From assembly GCA_031423635.1 (NCBI GenBank), contig JANPFX010000082.1:21375-85374 (forward strand): a DNA stretch of 64,000 nt, given 5' to 3'. This stretch comes from Acidimicrobiia bacterium (GTDB taxonomy: Bacteria; Actinomycetota; Acidimicrobiia; Acidimicrobiales; JANYDT01). Below, piece by piece: positions 37,386 to 47,006 of the stretch; position 1 is the stretch's first letter; each line of letters starts with the position of its first letter. The translations under genes were made by a program, and so were the position numbers. The notes beneath the pieces were generated by a model. The model made no database searches, had not been told where the DNA came from, and saw nothing but the letters and a program-made list of their open reading frames with translations.

Positions 37386-38663
37386 ATGCTTCGTTCCATG
37401 TTCTCCGGTGTCTCCGGACTCCGGAGCCACCAGACGATGATGGACGTCATCGGCAACAACATCGCCAACGTCAACACCGTCGGCTACAAATCGAGCTCGG
37501 TCGTGTTCCAGGACATGCTCAGCCAGAAGCTCTCCAGCGCCGGCGTTCCGACCGCTGGACCGGGGGGCCTCGGCGGTACCAACCCGTCGCAGGTCGGTCT
37601 CGGCGTCAAGATCGGCGGTGTCGTCACCTCGTTCCGCCAGGGTGCCTCGCAGCTGACCGGTAACTCGACCGACATCTCCATCCAGGGTGATGGCTTCCTC
37701 CTCGCCAGAAGCGATGGGCAGACGCTCTTCACCCGGGCCGGTGCGCTCTCCTTCGACGCCTTCGGCCGCATGGTCTCGCCCGATGGAGGCATCATCCAGG
37801 GGTGGACCGCCGACACGAACGGCGCCGTCAACACCAACGCCGGCGTCGCCGACCTGGTGATGCCGCTCGGTCAGGCCATCAGCCCTCAGGTGACCTCGAA
37901 GGTCAGCTTCGGTGGCAACCTCGACGCCACCGTTCCGACCACGCTTCCCGGCCCGGAGGTGCTCACGACCATCACGGTCTACGACCAACTCGGGAAGTCG
38001 CTCGACCTCACCTTCGGGATGAAGATGACGGCCGCCAACACCTGGTCGGTGCAGCCCTACACCCCAGACGGTGCCGACGTGGATACCACTCCCGATGTCC
38101 TGGGCGCCGCATTCACCGTCACGTTCGACGCGGCGACCGGAAAGATCACCGCCCCGACCACGCCGCCCACGATCACCATTCCGCCGACATTCGGCACGTA
38201 CTCGGGACCGGTCACCATCGATCTCGGGTCGGCGTCTGCCGACGGCCTGCGCCAGTTCGCCGGGAAGTCGACCGCGGCCGCGCTCTCGCAGGACGGTGCG
38301 ACGACCGGTGCGCTGCAGACGTTCGGCATCGGAGCTGACGGCACGGTCACCGGCATCTTCTCGAACGGCCGCAACCGGGTGATCGGGCAGATCGCCATGG
38401 CGTCGTTCTCCAACCCCTCCGGTCTGGAGAAGGTCGGTGGCTCGTTCTACCGGCCGACCCCCAACTCGGGTCTCGCCCAGATCGGCGTCTCGGGAACGGG
38501 CGGACGCGGCTCGATCGCCGGCGGCACGCTCGAGATGTCCAACGTCGACCTGGCCCAGGAGTTCACCTCGTTGATCTCGGCCCAACGTGGCTTCCAGGCG
38601 AACTCACGTGTCATCACGACCGCCGACGAACTGCTTCAGGAACTCGTCAACCTGAAGCGGTAA
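37386..38663 (+). CDS. flgE: Flagellar hook protein FlgE
   Basis: MLRSMFSGVSGLRSHQTMMDVIGNNIANVNTVGYK and a C-terminal SNVDLAQEFTSLISAQRGFQANSRVITTADELLQELVNL. ATG at 37386. Confidence 0.9.
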   Translation: MLRSMFSGVSGLRSHQTMMDVIGNNIANVNTVGYKSSSVVFQDMLSQKLSSAGVPTAGPGGLGGTNPSQVGLGVKIGGVVTSFRQGASQLTGNSTDISIQGDGFLLARSDGQTLFTRAGALSFDAFGRMVSPDGGIIQGWTADTNGAVNTNAGVADLVMPLGQAISPQVTSKVSFGGNLDATVPTTLPGPEVLTTITVYDQLGKSLDLTFGMKMTAANTWSVQPYTPDGADVDTTPDVLGAAFTVTFDAATGKITAPTTPPTITIPPTFGTYSGPVTIDLGSASADGLRQFAGKSTAAALSQDGATTGALQTFGIGADGTVTGIFSNGRNRVIGQIAMASFSNPSGLEKVGGSFYRPTPNSGLAQIGVSGTGGRGSIAGGTLEMSNVDLAQEFTSLISAQRGFQANSRVITTADELLQELVNLKR

Positions 38664-38687
38664 CCGCTCTATCGGTGGAGAGGTAGT

Positions 38688-38723
38688 GCGAGCTCGCCGG
38701 TCGGTTTCCGGCCGGGAGCTCGC
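38688..38723 (+). terminator. GC-rich hairpin after flgE; candidate attenuator or mRNA-stabilising stem-loop inside the operon
   Basis: GCGAGCTCGCCGG(38688-700)...CCGGC-CGG-GAGCTCGC(38708-723). A second hairpin, TATCGGTC(38785-92)/GACCGATA(38798-805), lies downstream. Confidence 0.4.
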
Positions 38724-38870
38724 TCACCTCGCCTGCGCACGCGTTCGCGTCGCGCTGGTCATGCGGCTCGATGGAGTCCGCAGGTATCGGTCCCTTCGAC
38801 CGATAGGCAGAGGTGAGACCTTCGGGTTCTCCGACACGGATTGTTTCACTGGACCAAGGAAGGCCCATCC

Positions 38871-39125
38871 ATGATTATCGTCTCGCGACTGAACGGTCAC
38901 GAGTTTGCACTCAACTGCAACCTCATCGAAAAAGTCGAGGCCAACCCCGACACGGTCGTCACCCTGATCGACGGGACGAAGTTCGTCATCGCCGAGAGTG
39001 TTGATCGGGTGATCGAGCTCGTCCGCGGCTACCAGGCGTCGATCATCGCGGCGACCGACGAGTTCTCCGGTCGGACGACTGCCCGAACCCGACTGCAGCT
39101 CGTCAGCCCGGCTGAGGAGAACTAG
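38871..39125 (+). CDS. flbD: Flagellar protein FlbD
   Basis: MIIVSRLNGHEFALNCNLIEKVEANPDTVVTLIDGTKFVIAESVDRVIELV is the typical FlbD sequence. 84 aa, upstream of motA. Confidence 0.85.
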   Translation: MIIVSRLNGHEFALNCNLIEKVEANPDTVVTLIDGTKFVIAESVDRVIELVRGYQASIIAATDEFSGRTTARTRLQLVSPAEEN

Positions 39126-39127
39126 TC

Positions 39128-39904
39128 ATGGATCCCTTCACCCTTGCCGGCATCATGCTCGCCTTCGCCGCCGTGATCATCTCGATGATCATGGAAGGCG
39201 GCGATCCGGCGGCGATGTTCCTCATTCCCCCGATGATCCTCGTGTTCTTCGGCACGTTCGGCGTGGCCATGGCGTGTGGTCTCAAACGGGACACCATCAG
39301 CGGCCTGAAGTCGATCAAATCGGCGCTCCTCACGAAAGCGCACTCGCCCGAAGAGACCGTGAAGGCCATCGTGGGGTTCGCCGAACTGGCCCGCCGTGAC
39401 GGTCTTCTTGCGCTCGAAGAAGCGGCCAAGACGATCGACGATCCGTTCCTGAAGAAGGGCATCGAGCTCGCCGTCGACGGCACTGATCCCGAGGAGCTCC
39501 GCGAGATCCTTGAAGCCCAGATCAAGTCTCGCAAGACCCAGGACAAGGCCGGCGCGAAGTTCTTCGCCGACATGGGTGGATTCGCTCCGACGCTGGGCAT
39601 CATCGGAACTGTTCTCGGTCTGGTGCATGTGCTCGAGAACCTCTCCGATCCCAGCAAGCTCGGTCACCTCATCGCAGGCGCGTTCGTGGCGACGCTTTGG
39701 GGCGTGATGTCCGCCAACCTGATGTGGCTGCCGATCGGCAACAAGCTCACCCGTGTCGGAGCGGTCACCGCCCATCACATGGAACTCGTGCTCGAAGGCG
39801 TCCTCTCGGTGCAGGCCGGAGCCAATCCGCGCATCGTCGAGCAGAAGCTCCTTTCCTTCCTCAATGACGACGAGCGTCCCGAGGAATCCGCCAAGGCGGC
39901 GTAG
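39128..39904 (+). CDS. motA: Flagellar motor stator protein MotA
   Basis: Four TM segments, the cytoplasmic loop, and the C-terminal TLGIIGTVLGLV...AFVATLWGV pattern. 258 aa. Confidence 0.9.
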   Translation: MDPFTLAGIMLAFAAVIISMIMEGGDPAAMFLIPPMILVFFGTFGVAMACGLKRDTISGLKSIKSALLTKAHSPEETVKAIVGFAELARRDGLLALEEAAKTIDDPFLKKGIELAVDGTDPEELREILEAQIKSRKTQDKAGAKFFADMGGFAPTLGIIGTVLGLVHVLENLSDPSKLGHLIAGAFVATLWGVMSANLMWLPIGNKLTRVGAVTAHHMELVLEGVLSVQAGANPRIVEQKLLSFLNDDERPEESAKAA

Positions 39905-39906
39905 TC

Positions 39907-40839
39907 ATGTCGAAGCGTCGGCACAAACACGAAGAGCACGAGGAGCACGTCAACCACGAGCGCTGGCTCATCACGTATGCCGACATGATCACGTTGCTCA
40001 TGGTGTTGTTCATCGTGCTGTTCGCCATGGGACAGACGGACCTCGACAAGTACAAGAAGCTCCGCCAGAGCCTTGCCGTTGGCTTCGGCGGTCCCGACAA
40101 GCTGGCGTTGCTCGACGGTGGCACGGGCGTCCTCGACGGAGGAGCTTCCCCGGTTGGTCTCACGCCTGCCGAGGTCGCCGCGAAGGCAGCGATCTCGACC
40201 CTGAACGGACGAGCGGCCGCGTGGAAGCAGGAGCAGAAGGTGCTCGAGAGCACCAAAGCTGCGCTCGACCGTGCGCTCAAGGAGATCAACGGTTCCCCGC
40301 TGATCAAGGACGCGCAGGTTCGTGTCGCGCTGACGACTCGCGGGCTCGTGATCACGATCGACAGCGACATCGTGCTGTTCGAACCGGGTTCGGCGACGAT
40401 CCGCCCCGAAGGGCAGCAGGTGTTGGACCGCATCTCGCGTCAACTTGTCGTCCTCCCGAACCACATCACCGTCGAGGGTCACACCGACGACGTCCCGATA
40501 TCGGGGACCTTCCCCTCGAACTGGGAGCTCTCGACGGCGAGAGCGTCTTCGGTCCTTCGATCACTCATCGCATTGCACGGCCTCGATCCATCGCACGGAA
40601 CCGCCTCCGGCTTCGCCGATCAGAAGCCGGTCGCCCCGAACGACACGGCGAAGGGCCGAGCGAAGAACCGGCGGGTCGAGATCGTCATCGAAGCGGCGGT
40701 CAGCGATCCGGGCGTCGACTCACCAGATGCTCTGGCTGCGGTCGAGGCCGCCGCCGTCGCAGAGGCGAACGATTCCCAGGCCGGCGCCGACAGCTCCGAT
40801 GAGATCGTCATCTCGACCCCCATCAAGCCCATCGCCTAA
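39907..40839 (+). CDS. motB: Flagellar motor stator protein MotB with OmpA-like peptidoglycan-binding domain
   Basis: WLITYADMITLLMVLFIVLFAM (the conserved Asp in the TM helix), and an OmpA-like part EGHTDDVPI...SNWELSTARA...NRRVEIV. Confidence 0.9.
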   Translation: MSKRRHKHEEHEEHVNHERWLITYADMITLLMVLFIVLFAMGQTDLDKYKKLRQSLAVGFGGPDKLALLDGGTGVLDGGASPVGLTPAEVAAKAAISTLNGRAAAWKQEQKVLESTKAALDRALKEINGSPLIKDAQVRVALTTRGLVITIDSDIVLFEPGSATIRPEGQQVLDRISRQLVVLPNHITVEGHTDDVPISGTFPSNWELSTARASSVLRSLIALHGLDPSHGTASGFADQKPVAPNDTAKGRAKNRRVEIVIEAAVSDPGVDSPDALAAVEAAAVAEANDSQAGADSSDEIVISTPIKPIA

Positions 40840-40892
40840 CCGCGCCCTACTTCCACCCCGAACCACCAAGCACCAACAAGGAAACGATCGAC

Positions 40893-41399
40893 ATGGCCAA
40901 GAAACCAAAGCCAGCCCCCGCCGCGGAAGGCGAGGAGCAGGCACCGAAAAGCAAGAAGAAGATGGTGCTCGGCGGAGTCGGCGCGATCGTGCTGTTCTTT
41001 GCCGGCGGGAAGGTCATGGGGGGAGGGGGCGAGACCAAGACGATCATCAAGATCGTCAACACCACGACGACGATCCCCATGGGCGAGGTCGTCACCCTCG
41101 ACGCCATCACGATGAACCTGGCCGACGGGCACGTTCTCAAGGTAGGCATCGGTTTCCAGCTCGAATACGAGGCCGGCGGCGGCGCGGGGCACGAAGCCCC
41201 GAAGTCCAACGACGGGGACCCCACGAAGGGTTACGCCCAGGCGCTCGACATCGCCATCGACGAGCTCGGTCAACACACCATGGAGGAGCTCTCGGGCGAA
41301 GGACGGAATCTCGCCAAGGAGGCGCTGGTGAAGAGGCTCCACAAGGTCTTCCACGGCAAGATCGAAGACGTCTACTTCCACCAGTTCGTCATGCAGTGA
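40893..41399 (+). CDS. fliL: Flagellar basal body-associated protein FliL
   Basis: Lys-rich N-terminus, a single TM helix, and ...LDAITMNLADGHVLKVGIGFQL...V..VYFHQFVMQ. 168 aa. Confidence 0.8.
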   Translation: MAKKPKPAPAAEGEEQAPKSKKKMVLGGVGAIVLFFAGGKVMGGGGETKTIIKIVNTTTTIPMGEVVTLDAITMNLADGHVLKVGIGFQLEYEAGGGAGHEAPKSNDGDPTKGYAQALDIAIDELGQHTMEELSGEGRNLAKEALVKRLHKVFHGKIEDVYFHQFVMQ

Positions 41400-41498
41400 C
41401 CAATCGGTGACCCGGGTGCCGCCCGCACCGGGTCGTGCGAACCAGAGAAATCCGCCGGAGTAGGTCATATCGCCCACCGGGCGGCCGATCAGATCTTC

Positions 41499-42413
41499 GT
41501 GACGTCGAACACGAAGGTCCAAAAGGTCGTCCCGTACGACTTCAAACGGCCGAGCAAGTTCAACCGCGACCATGCCCGAGCGCTGCAACTCATCGGCGAG
41601 ACCTTCGCGCGCCAGTTCTCCACCGTGTTGTCGACGACCGTTCGCACGTCGTCGCATGTTTCGTTCTCCGGTGTCGGACAGCTCACCTATGACGAGCACG
41701 TGCGAGACATCCCGAATCCGACCTACCTGGCGATGGTCTCGCTCGAGCCGTTGCCCGGACTCGCCCTGCTTCACGTTCCGCTGCCGGTCATGATGACCGT
41801 GATCGACCGGTTGCTCGGCGGAACCGGCAACGGTCAGCTTCCGAACCGCCCCCTCACCGACATCGAGCTGGGTCTTGCCCAAGGCCTGATCGCCCGCATG
41901 CTCCGTGAGCTGTCGAGTGCCTTCGAGTCCCTCGTCGTCGTCGAGCCTCGACTCACTCATCAGGAGTCGAATCCGCAGTTCACCCAGATCGCCGCGTTGA
42001 ACGACACCGTCGTGGTGCTCTCCTTCGACATCCATGTGGCAGGCAACGCCGGCAACCTCTCTCTGTGCATCCCATTCGCGCAGATCCAGACCGTTCTCGA
42101 GGACGCCGCGGGGACCTTCACCAGAACCGGCCGCAACGACATCGACCATGACGCGGTCGAGCGGGCGCTCCGGGCCGGCATCGACAACACCCGCGTGCCG
42201 CTCTCGGTGCGGTTCAGCGAGGTCGACCTGATCGCCTCCGACATCGTCGATCTGCAGCCGGGGGACATCGTGCCCCTGTCGCACTCGGTCGACGCGCCGT
42301 TGTTCATCACAATCGGCGACGTGGCCCGACTCCACGTGAAGCCCGGCCGTCGCGGTCGCAGACTCGCCTGTGTCGTCGTCGACGACCGGATCAGCAAGAA
42401 GGACAAGCCATGA
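41499..42413 (+). CDS. fliM: Flagellar motor switch protein FliM
   Basis: VVPYDFKRPSKF..., the FARQFSTVL pattern, and a C-terminal SpoA-like domain. GTG start. Confidence 0.9.
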   Translation: MTSNTKVQKVVPYDFKRPSKFNRDHARALQLIGETFARQFSTVLSTTVRTSSHVSFSGVGQLTYDEHVRDIPNPTYLAMVSLEPLPGLALLHVPLPVMMTVIDRLLGGTGNGQLPNRPLTDIELGLAQGLIARMLRELSSAFESLVVVEPRLTHQESNPQFTQIAALNDTVVVLSFDIHVAGNAGNLSLCIPFAQIQTVLEDAAGTFTRTGRNDIDHDAVERALRAGIDNTRVPLSVRFSEVDLIASDIVDLQPGDIVPLSHSVDAPLFITIGDVARLHVKPGRRGRRLACVVVDDRISKKDKP

Positions 42414-43177
42414 GCTCCTCGACATTGACCTCCACCGCACTCGACTTCGCCCGGCGCGTCGGCGAGGAAGCGGCCGCATCGCTTCCGGGCGGCACGGCGT
42501 GGACCGCAGTGGCCGAAGAGACTCCGACGCTGCCGGACAACGCCCGTGTGGTCGTCGCATGGCTCGGCACCGAGGCCCGACTCGCGCTGGTCATGACGTC
42601 GCCGTTCGCCCGGAACCTCATCGTCGGCCCCCCTCCGGCCGATTCCCTCGAAGAGGCTCTTGAACCGGGCTTCGCCGGCGCTGCTTCGATGATCGCGGCG
42701 CTGATCGATTCGCATGCCTCGCTCGGTCCGTTGACGGAGGGACTTGCTGATGACGCCACGGTGTCGCTCGGTGGTTCGCTCGTCGGCGTCAGGCTCATGG
42801 ACGAGGACGTGCATATCGCAACGCTCGTCATCGCCACGGCCAAAGACCTCGACGCCCAATCGGATGCTTTGACGCCGGTGTTCGAGCAACTCCCCGAGGG
42901 AACAACGGTGGACGCGCAGCGGCCGGTGTCGATGCTCGCCGATGTCGAGATGGGTGTCACGGTTGAGCTGGGCCGAGCACGCTTGACGGTCGCCGAGATC
43001 CTGAGTCTGACGATCGGTTCCGTCGTCGAGCTCGATCGCATCGCCGGAAGCCCGGTCGACGTCCTGGTGAATGGAACGCTCATCGCCCGTGGCGAGGTCG
43101 TCGTCGTGGATGAGGAGTTCGGTGTTCGCGTCAGCGAAGTGATCGGCTACCAGCCGACGGAACGGCTTCGGCGGTGA
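42410..43177 (+). CDS. fliN: Flagellar motor switch protein FliN/FliY (C-terminal SpoA/FliN domain with a ~170-aa N-terminal extension)
   Basis: C-terminus DVEMGVTVELGRARLTVAEILSLTIGSVVELDRIAGSPVDVLVNGTLIARGEVVVVDEEFGVRV. ATGA overlap with fliM. Confidence 0.85.
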   Translation: MSSSTLTSTALDFARRVGEEAAASLPGGTAWTAVAEETPTLPDNARVVVAWLGTEARLALVMTSPFARNLIVGPPPADSLEEALEPGFAGAASMIAALIDSHASLGPLTEGLADDATVSLGGSLVGVRLMDEDVHIATLVIATAKDLDAQSDALTPVFEQLPEGTTVDAQRPVSMLADVEMGVTVELGRARLTVAEILSLTIGSVVELDRIAGSPVDVLVNGTLIARGEVVVVDEEFGVRVSEVIGYQPTERLRR

Positions 43178-43181
43178 TGGC

Positions 43182-43547
43182 GTGAGCGATGCATCGCTGG
43201 CCGTCGTCCTCCTACGACTGGTCCTTGCGGTTGCGGTCGTCGTCGCATTGCTTCTGTTGACGGCGCGCCTTACTCGTCGCGTCGGAAGCGGCGGTGCCGG
43301 ATCTGCCCGAGGTTCCATCCGAGTCGTTGCCCGTCAACCACTCGGCCGCAATGCCTCGGTCGCCGTGATCGAGACCGGAGGCCGGACCTTCGTTCTCGGC
43401 GTCACCGACCATCAGGTCTCGCTGCTCGGCGAGCATCCTGTCGAGACGGCGCCGGTCGACGATTCCGGAATGCCGATGCTTCCGCCCGGCGCGAGCCGAC
43501 GGTCGCTTGTCGACGCACTGCGAGACCGGACGCTGCGCAAACCATGA
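43182..43547 (+). CDS. fliO: Flagellar biosynthesis protein FliO/FliZ
   Basis: Single N-terminal TM helix (LAVVLLRLVLAVAVVVALLLL) and ...VVARQPLGRNASVAVIETGGRTFVLGVT. Sits before fliP. Confidence 0.7.
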   Translation: MSDASLAVVLLRLVLAVAVVVALLLLTARLTRRVGSGGAGSARGSIRVVARQPLGRNASVAVIETGGRTFVLGVTDHQVSLLGEHPVETAPVDDSGMPMLPPGASRRSLVDALRDRTLRKP

Positions 43548-44602
43548 TCCGACTGATCACTCCTGCCCGACTCGTTGCGTTCGCGCCCGCGCTGTTCATC
43601 GTGGTGTTCGCGTTCGGGGGCGTGGCCTCCGCGCAGACACCGGCCCCGACCACTGTCGCGCCGGCTGCTGCCGCCGCCGTGACGACCACGGCGGCGCCGG
43701 CCGCTGGCGCTCCGACGACAGTCGCCCCGGGCGGGACTGCGGCTGCCGCCGCGACAGCCACCCCGGCGACGCCGGTGACCACCGCGGCACCGACCGGTCT
43801 CGACACCGGCAACGTCACCAACCGCACGGGGCAGCGCACCGGTGCGACCCCGACGGATGCCGGGACCTACGGGCAGCCGCCGACCACGGTCGATCCCGGG
43901 ATTCTCGTGTTCGAACAGCCCTTCCAACCGGTTGACGACTCCAACCGGGTGTCGATCACGGTCGGCGACGGGGCCAATCCCAGCCAGAGCGTCCTCATCA
44001 TCATTCTCCTGACGCTGCTCTCGCTCGCGCCGTCGGTCTTGATCCTCTTGACGAGCTTCACACGAATCGCCATCGTCCTGTCACTCGTGCGCAACGCCCT
44101 CGGCCTCCAATCCATCCCGCCGAACCAGGTGATCGTCGGGCTCGCCCTGTTCCTCAGCCTGTTCGTGATGCGACCAACGATCGAGAAGATCAATGCGGAT
44201 GCGCTGCAGCCGCTCCTGAAGAACGAGATCAGCCAGACCGATGCCTACCGTGCCGCTCTGCAGCCACTACGCGAGTTCATGCTGAAGCAGACCGGAACAC
44301 GCGAGCTCAAGATGATGATGGCCATCTCCAAGGAGGAGAAGCCGTCCACACCGAAAGACGTGAGCAACGCGACGTTGATCCCGGCCTTCATCCTCTCCGA
44401 GCTGCGCATTGCCTTCATCATCGGCTTCGTGATCTTCATCCCGTTCCTGGTGATCGATCTCGTCGTGAGCTCGAGCCTGATGTCGATGGGAATGATGATG
44501 CTTCCACCGGTGGTCATCTCACTTCCGTTCAAGCTGCTGCTCTTCGTCCTCCTCGACGGCTGGTCCGTCGTCGTCCGTTCCCTGATTGAGAGTTTCAATT
44601 GA
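43544..44602 (+). CDS. fliP: Flagellar export-gate protein FliP with a ~100-aa Ala/Thr/Pro-rich insertion after the signal peptide
   Basis: Core LLTLLSLAPSVLILLTSFTRIAIVLSLVRNALGLQSIPPNQV... and MMMLPPVVISLPFKLLLFVL. 352 aa, versus about 250 typical. Confidence 0.9.
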   Translation: MIRLITPARLVAFAPALFIVVFAFGGVASAQTPAPTTVAPAAAAAVTTTAAPAAGAPTTVAPGGTAAAAATATPATPVTTAAPTGLDTGNVTNRTGQRTGATPTDAGTYGQPPTTVDPGILVFEQPFQPVDDSNRVSITVGDGANPSQSVLIIILLTLLSLAPSVLILLTSFTRIAIVLSLVRNALGLQSIPPNQVIVGLALFLSLFVMRPTIEKINADALQPLLKNEISQTDAYRAALQPLREFMLKQTGTRELKMMMAISKEEKPSTPKDVSNATLIPAFILSELRIAFIIGFVIFIPFLVIDLVVSSSLMSMGMMMLPPVVISLPFKLLLFVLLDGWSVVVRSLIESFN

Positions 44603-44886
44603 CTGGAATCCTCGCCCTCTCCGACTCGCAGGTCATCACCATCGTTGTGCAGATGCTGATGGTCACCGCTAAAGTAAGCGCGCCTATCTTGATCACCGCC
44701 ATGGCTATCGGCTTCGCCACGTCGCTGATCCAGTCGGTCACGCAGTTGCAGGACGCGACCCTCGCGTTCGTGCCGAAGCTGATCGGCGTTGCGCTGGTCA
44801 TCGTGATGGCGGGGACGTGGATGCTCCACGAACTCGTCACGTATTCACAACAGCTCTTCGCGATGATCCCGTCGCTTCTCAACTAG
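44599..44886 (+). CDS. fliQ: Flagellar export-gate protein FliQ
   Basis: 95 aa, two TM helices, LIQSVTQLQDATLAFVPKL motif. TTGA overlap with the fliP stop. Confidence 0.9.
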   Translation: MTGILALSDSQVITIVVQMLMVTAKVSAPILITAMAIGFATSLIQSVTQLQDATLAFVPKLIGVALVIVMAGTWMLHELVTYSQQLFAMIPSLLN

Positions 44887-44931
44887 CGCCTCGTCGCGTC
44901 CCGCTCCAGCTCACGATCACCATCTCGGGAC

Positions 44932-45690
44932 ATGCGCGTTGAAGTAGCCCTGCCGACCCTCGTGGCGTACCTCCTTGCGATGTCGCGTTGCGTGGCCTGG
45001 CTCGTCGTCGCGCCGCCGTTCGGAACCCGACTCATCCCGGTCACGGTCAAGGTCGGACTGGCCGGAGCGCTGACCATTGCCGCCGGCCCACGACTGAACG
45101 TCGCGGAGGTGCGGCTCGACACCCTCGGACTCGTCGCCGCAGTGGTGACGCAGGTCCTGGTCGGTCTTTCGCTCGGCTTCTTCGCCCTGCTGCTCCTCAG
45201 CGCAATCCAGGCGGCCGGCAACCTGATCGATCTCTTCGCCGGATTCACGATGGCCCAGGTCTATGACCCGATGTCCGGAGCCGGAGCGAGCGTCTTCGGG
45301 CGCACGTATCAGATCGTCGGGACCACCATCCTGTTCGTTTCGGGCGGCCACCTCGTGCTGGTCCGTGGATTCCTCCGATCGTTCGAGGCGGTGCCGCTCG
45401 ACCGGCTCACCTCGGCGAACGCCGAGATGATCACCGCCCATCTCGGTCTCTTCATCGTCGCCGCATGTGAGATCGCCGCGCCGGTTCTCGCCGCGATGTT
45501 CCTTGCTGAGGTCGCGCTCGGTCTCTTGACCCGCGCCGCGCCGCAGCTCAACGCACTGCAGCTTGGTATGCCCCTGAAGGCTCTCCTTGCGCTCCTGCTC
45601 ACGGGCCTCGCTCTTCCGCTCCTGCCCCCGGCCATGGACAACCTTGTTCGCGACGTCGTCCGCGCCGGCCGGATGATCAGCGGGACCTGA
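44932..45690 (+). CDS. fliR: Flagellar export-gate protein FliR
   Basis: 252-aa polytopic membrane protein with the ...AIQAAGNLIDLFAGF..AQVYDP pattern, lying between fliQ and flhB. Confidence 0.9.
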   Translation: MRVEVALPTLVAYLLAMSRCVAWLVVAPPFGTRLIPVTVKVGLAGALTIAAGPRLNVAEVRLDTLGLVAAVVTQVLVGLSLGFFALLLLSAIQAAGNLIDLFAGFTMAQVYDPMSGAGASVFGRTYQIVGTTILFVSGGHLVLVRGFLRSFEAVPLDRLTSANAEMITAHLGLFIVAACEIAAPVLAAMFLAEVALGLLTRAAPQLNALQLGMPLKALLALLLTGLALPLLPPAMDNLVRDVVRAGRMISGT

Positions 45691-45705
45691 CCACCGACCG
45701 AGACC

Positions 45706-46953
45706 ATGGCGAACGACAAGACCGAAGCCCCCACACCGAAGAAGAAGCGCGACGCCCGCAAGAAGGGGCAGATCGCTCGGTCGACCGACCTGGTCACCTG
45801 GCTGCAGGTCTTCGTGGCCACCTACGCAATATCCGCCACGTTTGCACTGAGCGCGAAGACGCTCCGCGAAACCATGGTCGGCGTCGATTCTCTGACGCTG
45901 CGCCCTGATGTCAGCTCCGCGGTGAAGCTCCTCGGTGATTCCCTGCAGGGCGGCGTGCTCGCCGTCCTGCCCCTCACGGGTCTTCTTCTGCTCACCGCCC
46001 TGGTCACGAACTTTGCCCAAACCGGATTGGCCGTCACGCTGCACAAGCTGAAACCGACCACCGAGCGGATCAACCCGGGAAAGGGAATCAAGCGGATCTT
46101 CTCCAAGCAGGGTCTGTGGGAGGCCACGAAGGAAATCGCCCGGGTCGGCGTGCTCGCCGGCGTTGCGTGGGGCCCCATGAGCACCGTGACGTCCCGACTG
46201 GTCGCCCGGCACAGCGAGCTTCGCGAGACCATCTCCATCATCGGCGGATCTTGCCTGCATCTCGCGAGGAATGTTGCGACGGCCGGCCTGCTGATCTCGT
46301 TCCTCGACTTCGCGGTCCAGAAACGCCGGATCCTGAAGTCGCTCAAGATGACCAAGCAGGAAGTGAAGGACGAGTACCGCCAGAGCGAAGGCGACCCCCA
46401 GATGAAGGCCCAGCGGCGGGCACGTGCCGCCGAGATGAGCAAGAACCGCATGCTGGCCGACGTGAAGAAGGCCAGCGCGGTCGTGGTGAACCCGACCCAT
46501 GTCGCAGTGGCCATCTCCTATGAACGAAACAGCGGTGCGCCGCGGGTGATCGCCAAAGGGACCGGCGATCTCGCCACGAAGATCCGGGCCGAGGCCGAGC
46601 GGGCAGGAGTGCCGCTCGTGCGCAATGTCGCCCTGGCCCGTGCATTGCACGCCGTCTGCGAAGTCGGCGAACAGATCCCTGCTGACCTCTATGAGGCCGT
46701 CGCCCGCCTCCTTGCCTTCGTCATGTCGGTCGGTCGGCGCACGTCGTTCGGTGGGCCCCTCACGATGTCGGGACCTTCGTATCTCCCGCCTGAACTCGCG
46801 CAGCTTGGCGAACCTTCGGCCGATCGGAGATCTGGAGCCAGGAAGGCGCCGAAGCGACGAGGCCAGGGACGGTCACCATCCCTACGACCCGACCCTGCCG
46901 TCTCCCGTCAAACGGGAGCGACTTCGGCCGACAGACCTAGCGAGGTCCTGTGA
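45706..46953 (+). CDS. flhB: Flagellar export switch protein FlhB, with a ~60-aa basic C-terminal tail
   Basis: KTEAPTPKKKRDARKKGQIARS N-terminus; the NPTH autocleavage site (VVNPTHVAVAI). 415 aa. Confidence 0.9.
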   Translation: MANDKTEAPTPKKKRDARKKGQIARSTDLVTWLQVFVATYAISATFALSAKTLRETMVGVDSLTLRPDVSSAVKLLGDSLQGGVLAVLPLTGLLLLTALVTNFAQTGLAVTLHKLKPTTERINPGKGIKRIFSKQGLWEATKEIARVGVLAGVAWGPMSTVTSRLVARHSELRETISIIGGSCLHLARNVATAGLLISFLDFAVQKRRILKSLKMTKQEVKDEYRQSEGDPQMKAQRRARAAEMSKNRMLADVKKASAVVVNPTHVAVAISYERNSGAPRVIAKGTGDLATKIRAEAERAGVPLVRNVALARALHAVCEVGEQIPADLYEAVARLLAFVMSVGRRTSFGGPLTMSGPSYLPPELAQLGEPSADRRSGARKAPKRRGQGRSPSLRPDPAVSRQTGATSADRPSEVL

Positions 46954-47006
46954 AATCCAACCGAAGCGCGCAACGCGGCGTTCCTGCGGCAGGTGAAGGC
47001 CTGTGA
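46950..47006 (+). other. 18-codon uORF (VKSNRSAQRGVPAAGEGL) created by duplication of the flhB/flhA junction; GTGA overlaps at both ends
   Basis: The GTG at 46950 overlaps the flhB stop (46951-53). Its own stop (47004-06) overlaps the flhA GTG (47003-05). 12 of the first 14 residues are identical to the FlhA N-terminus. Confidence 0.3.

Noticed and set aside
41409-41434. Hairpin GACCCGGGTGC-CGCCC-GCACCGGGTC after fliL, considered as a terminator.
   Set aside because: There is no U-tract, and fliM follows 65 nt later within an evidently continuous operon. It may be a minor attenuator or processing site, but that is not supportable from sequence alone.
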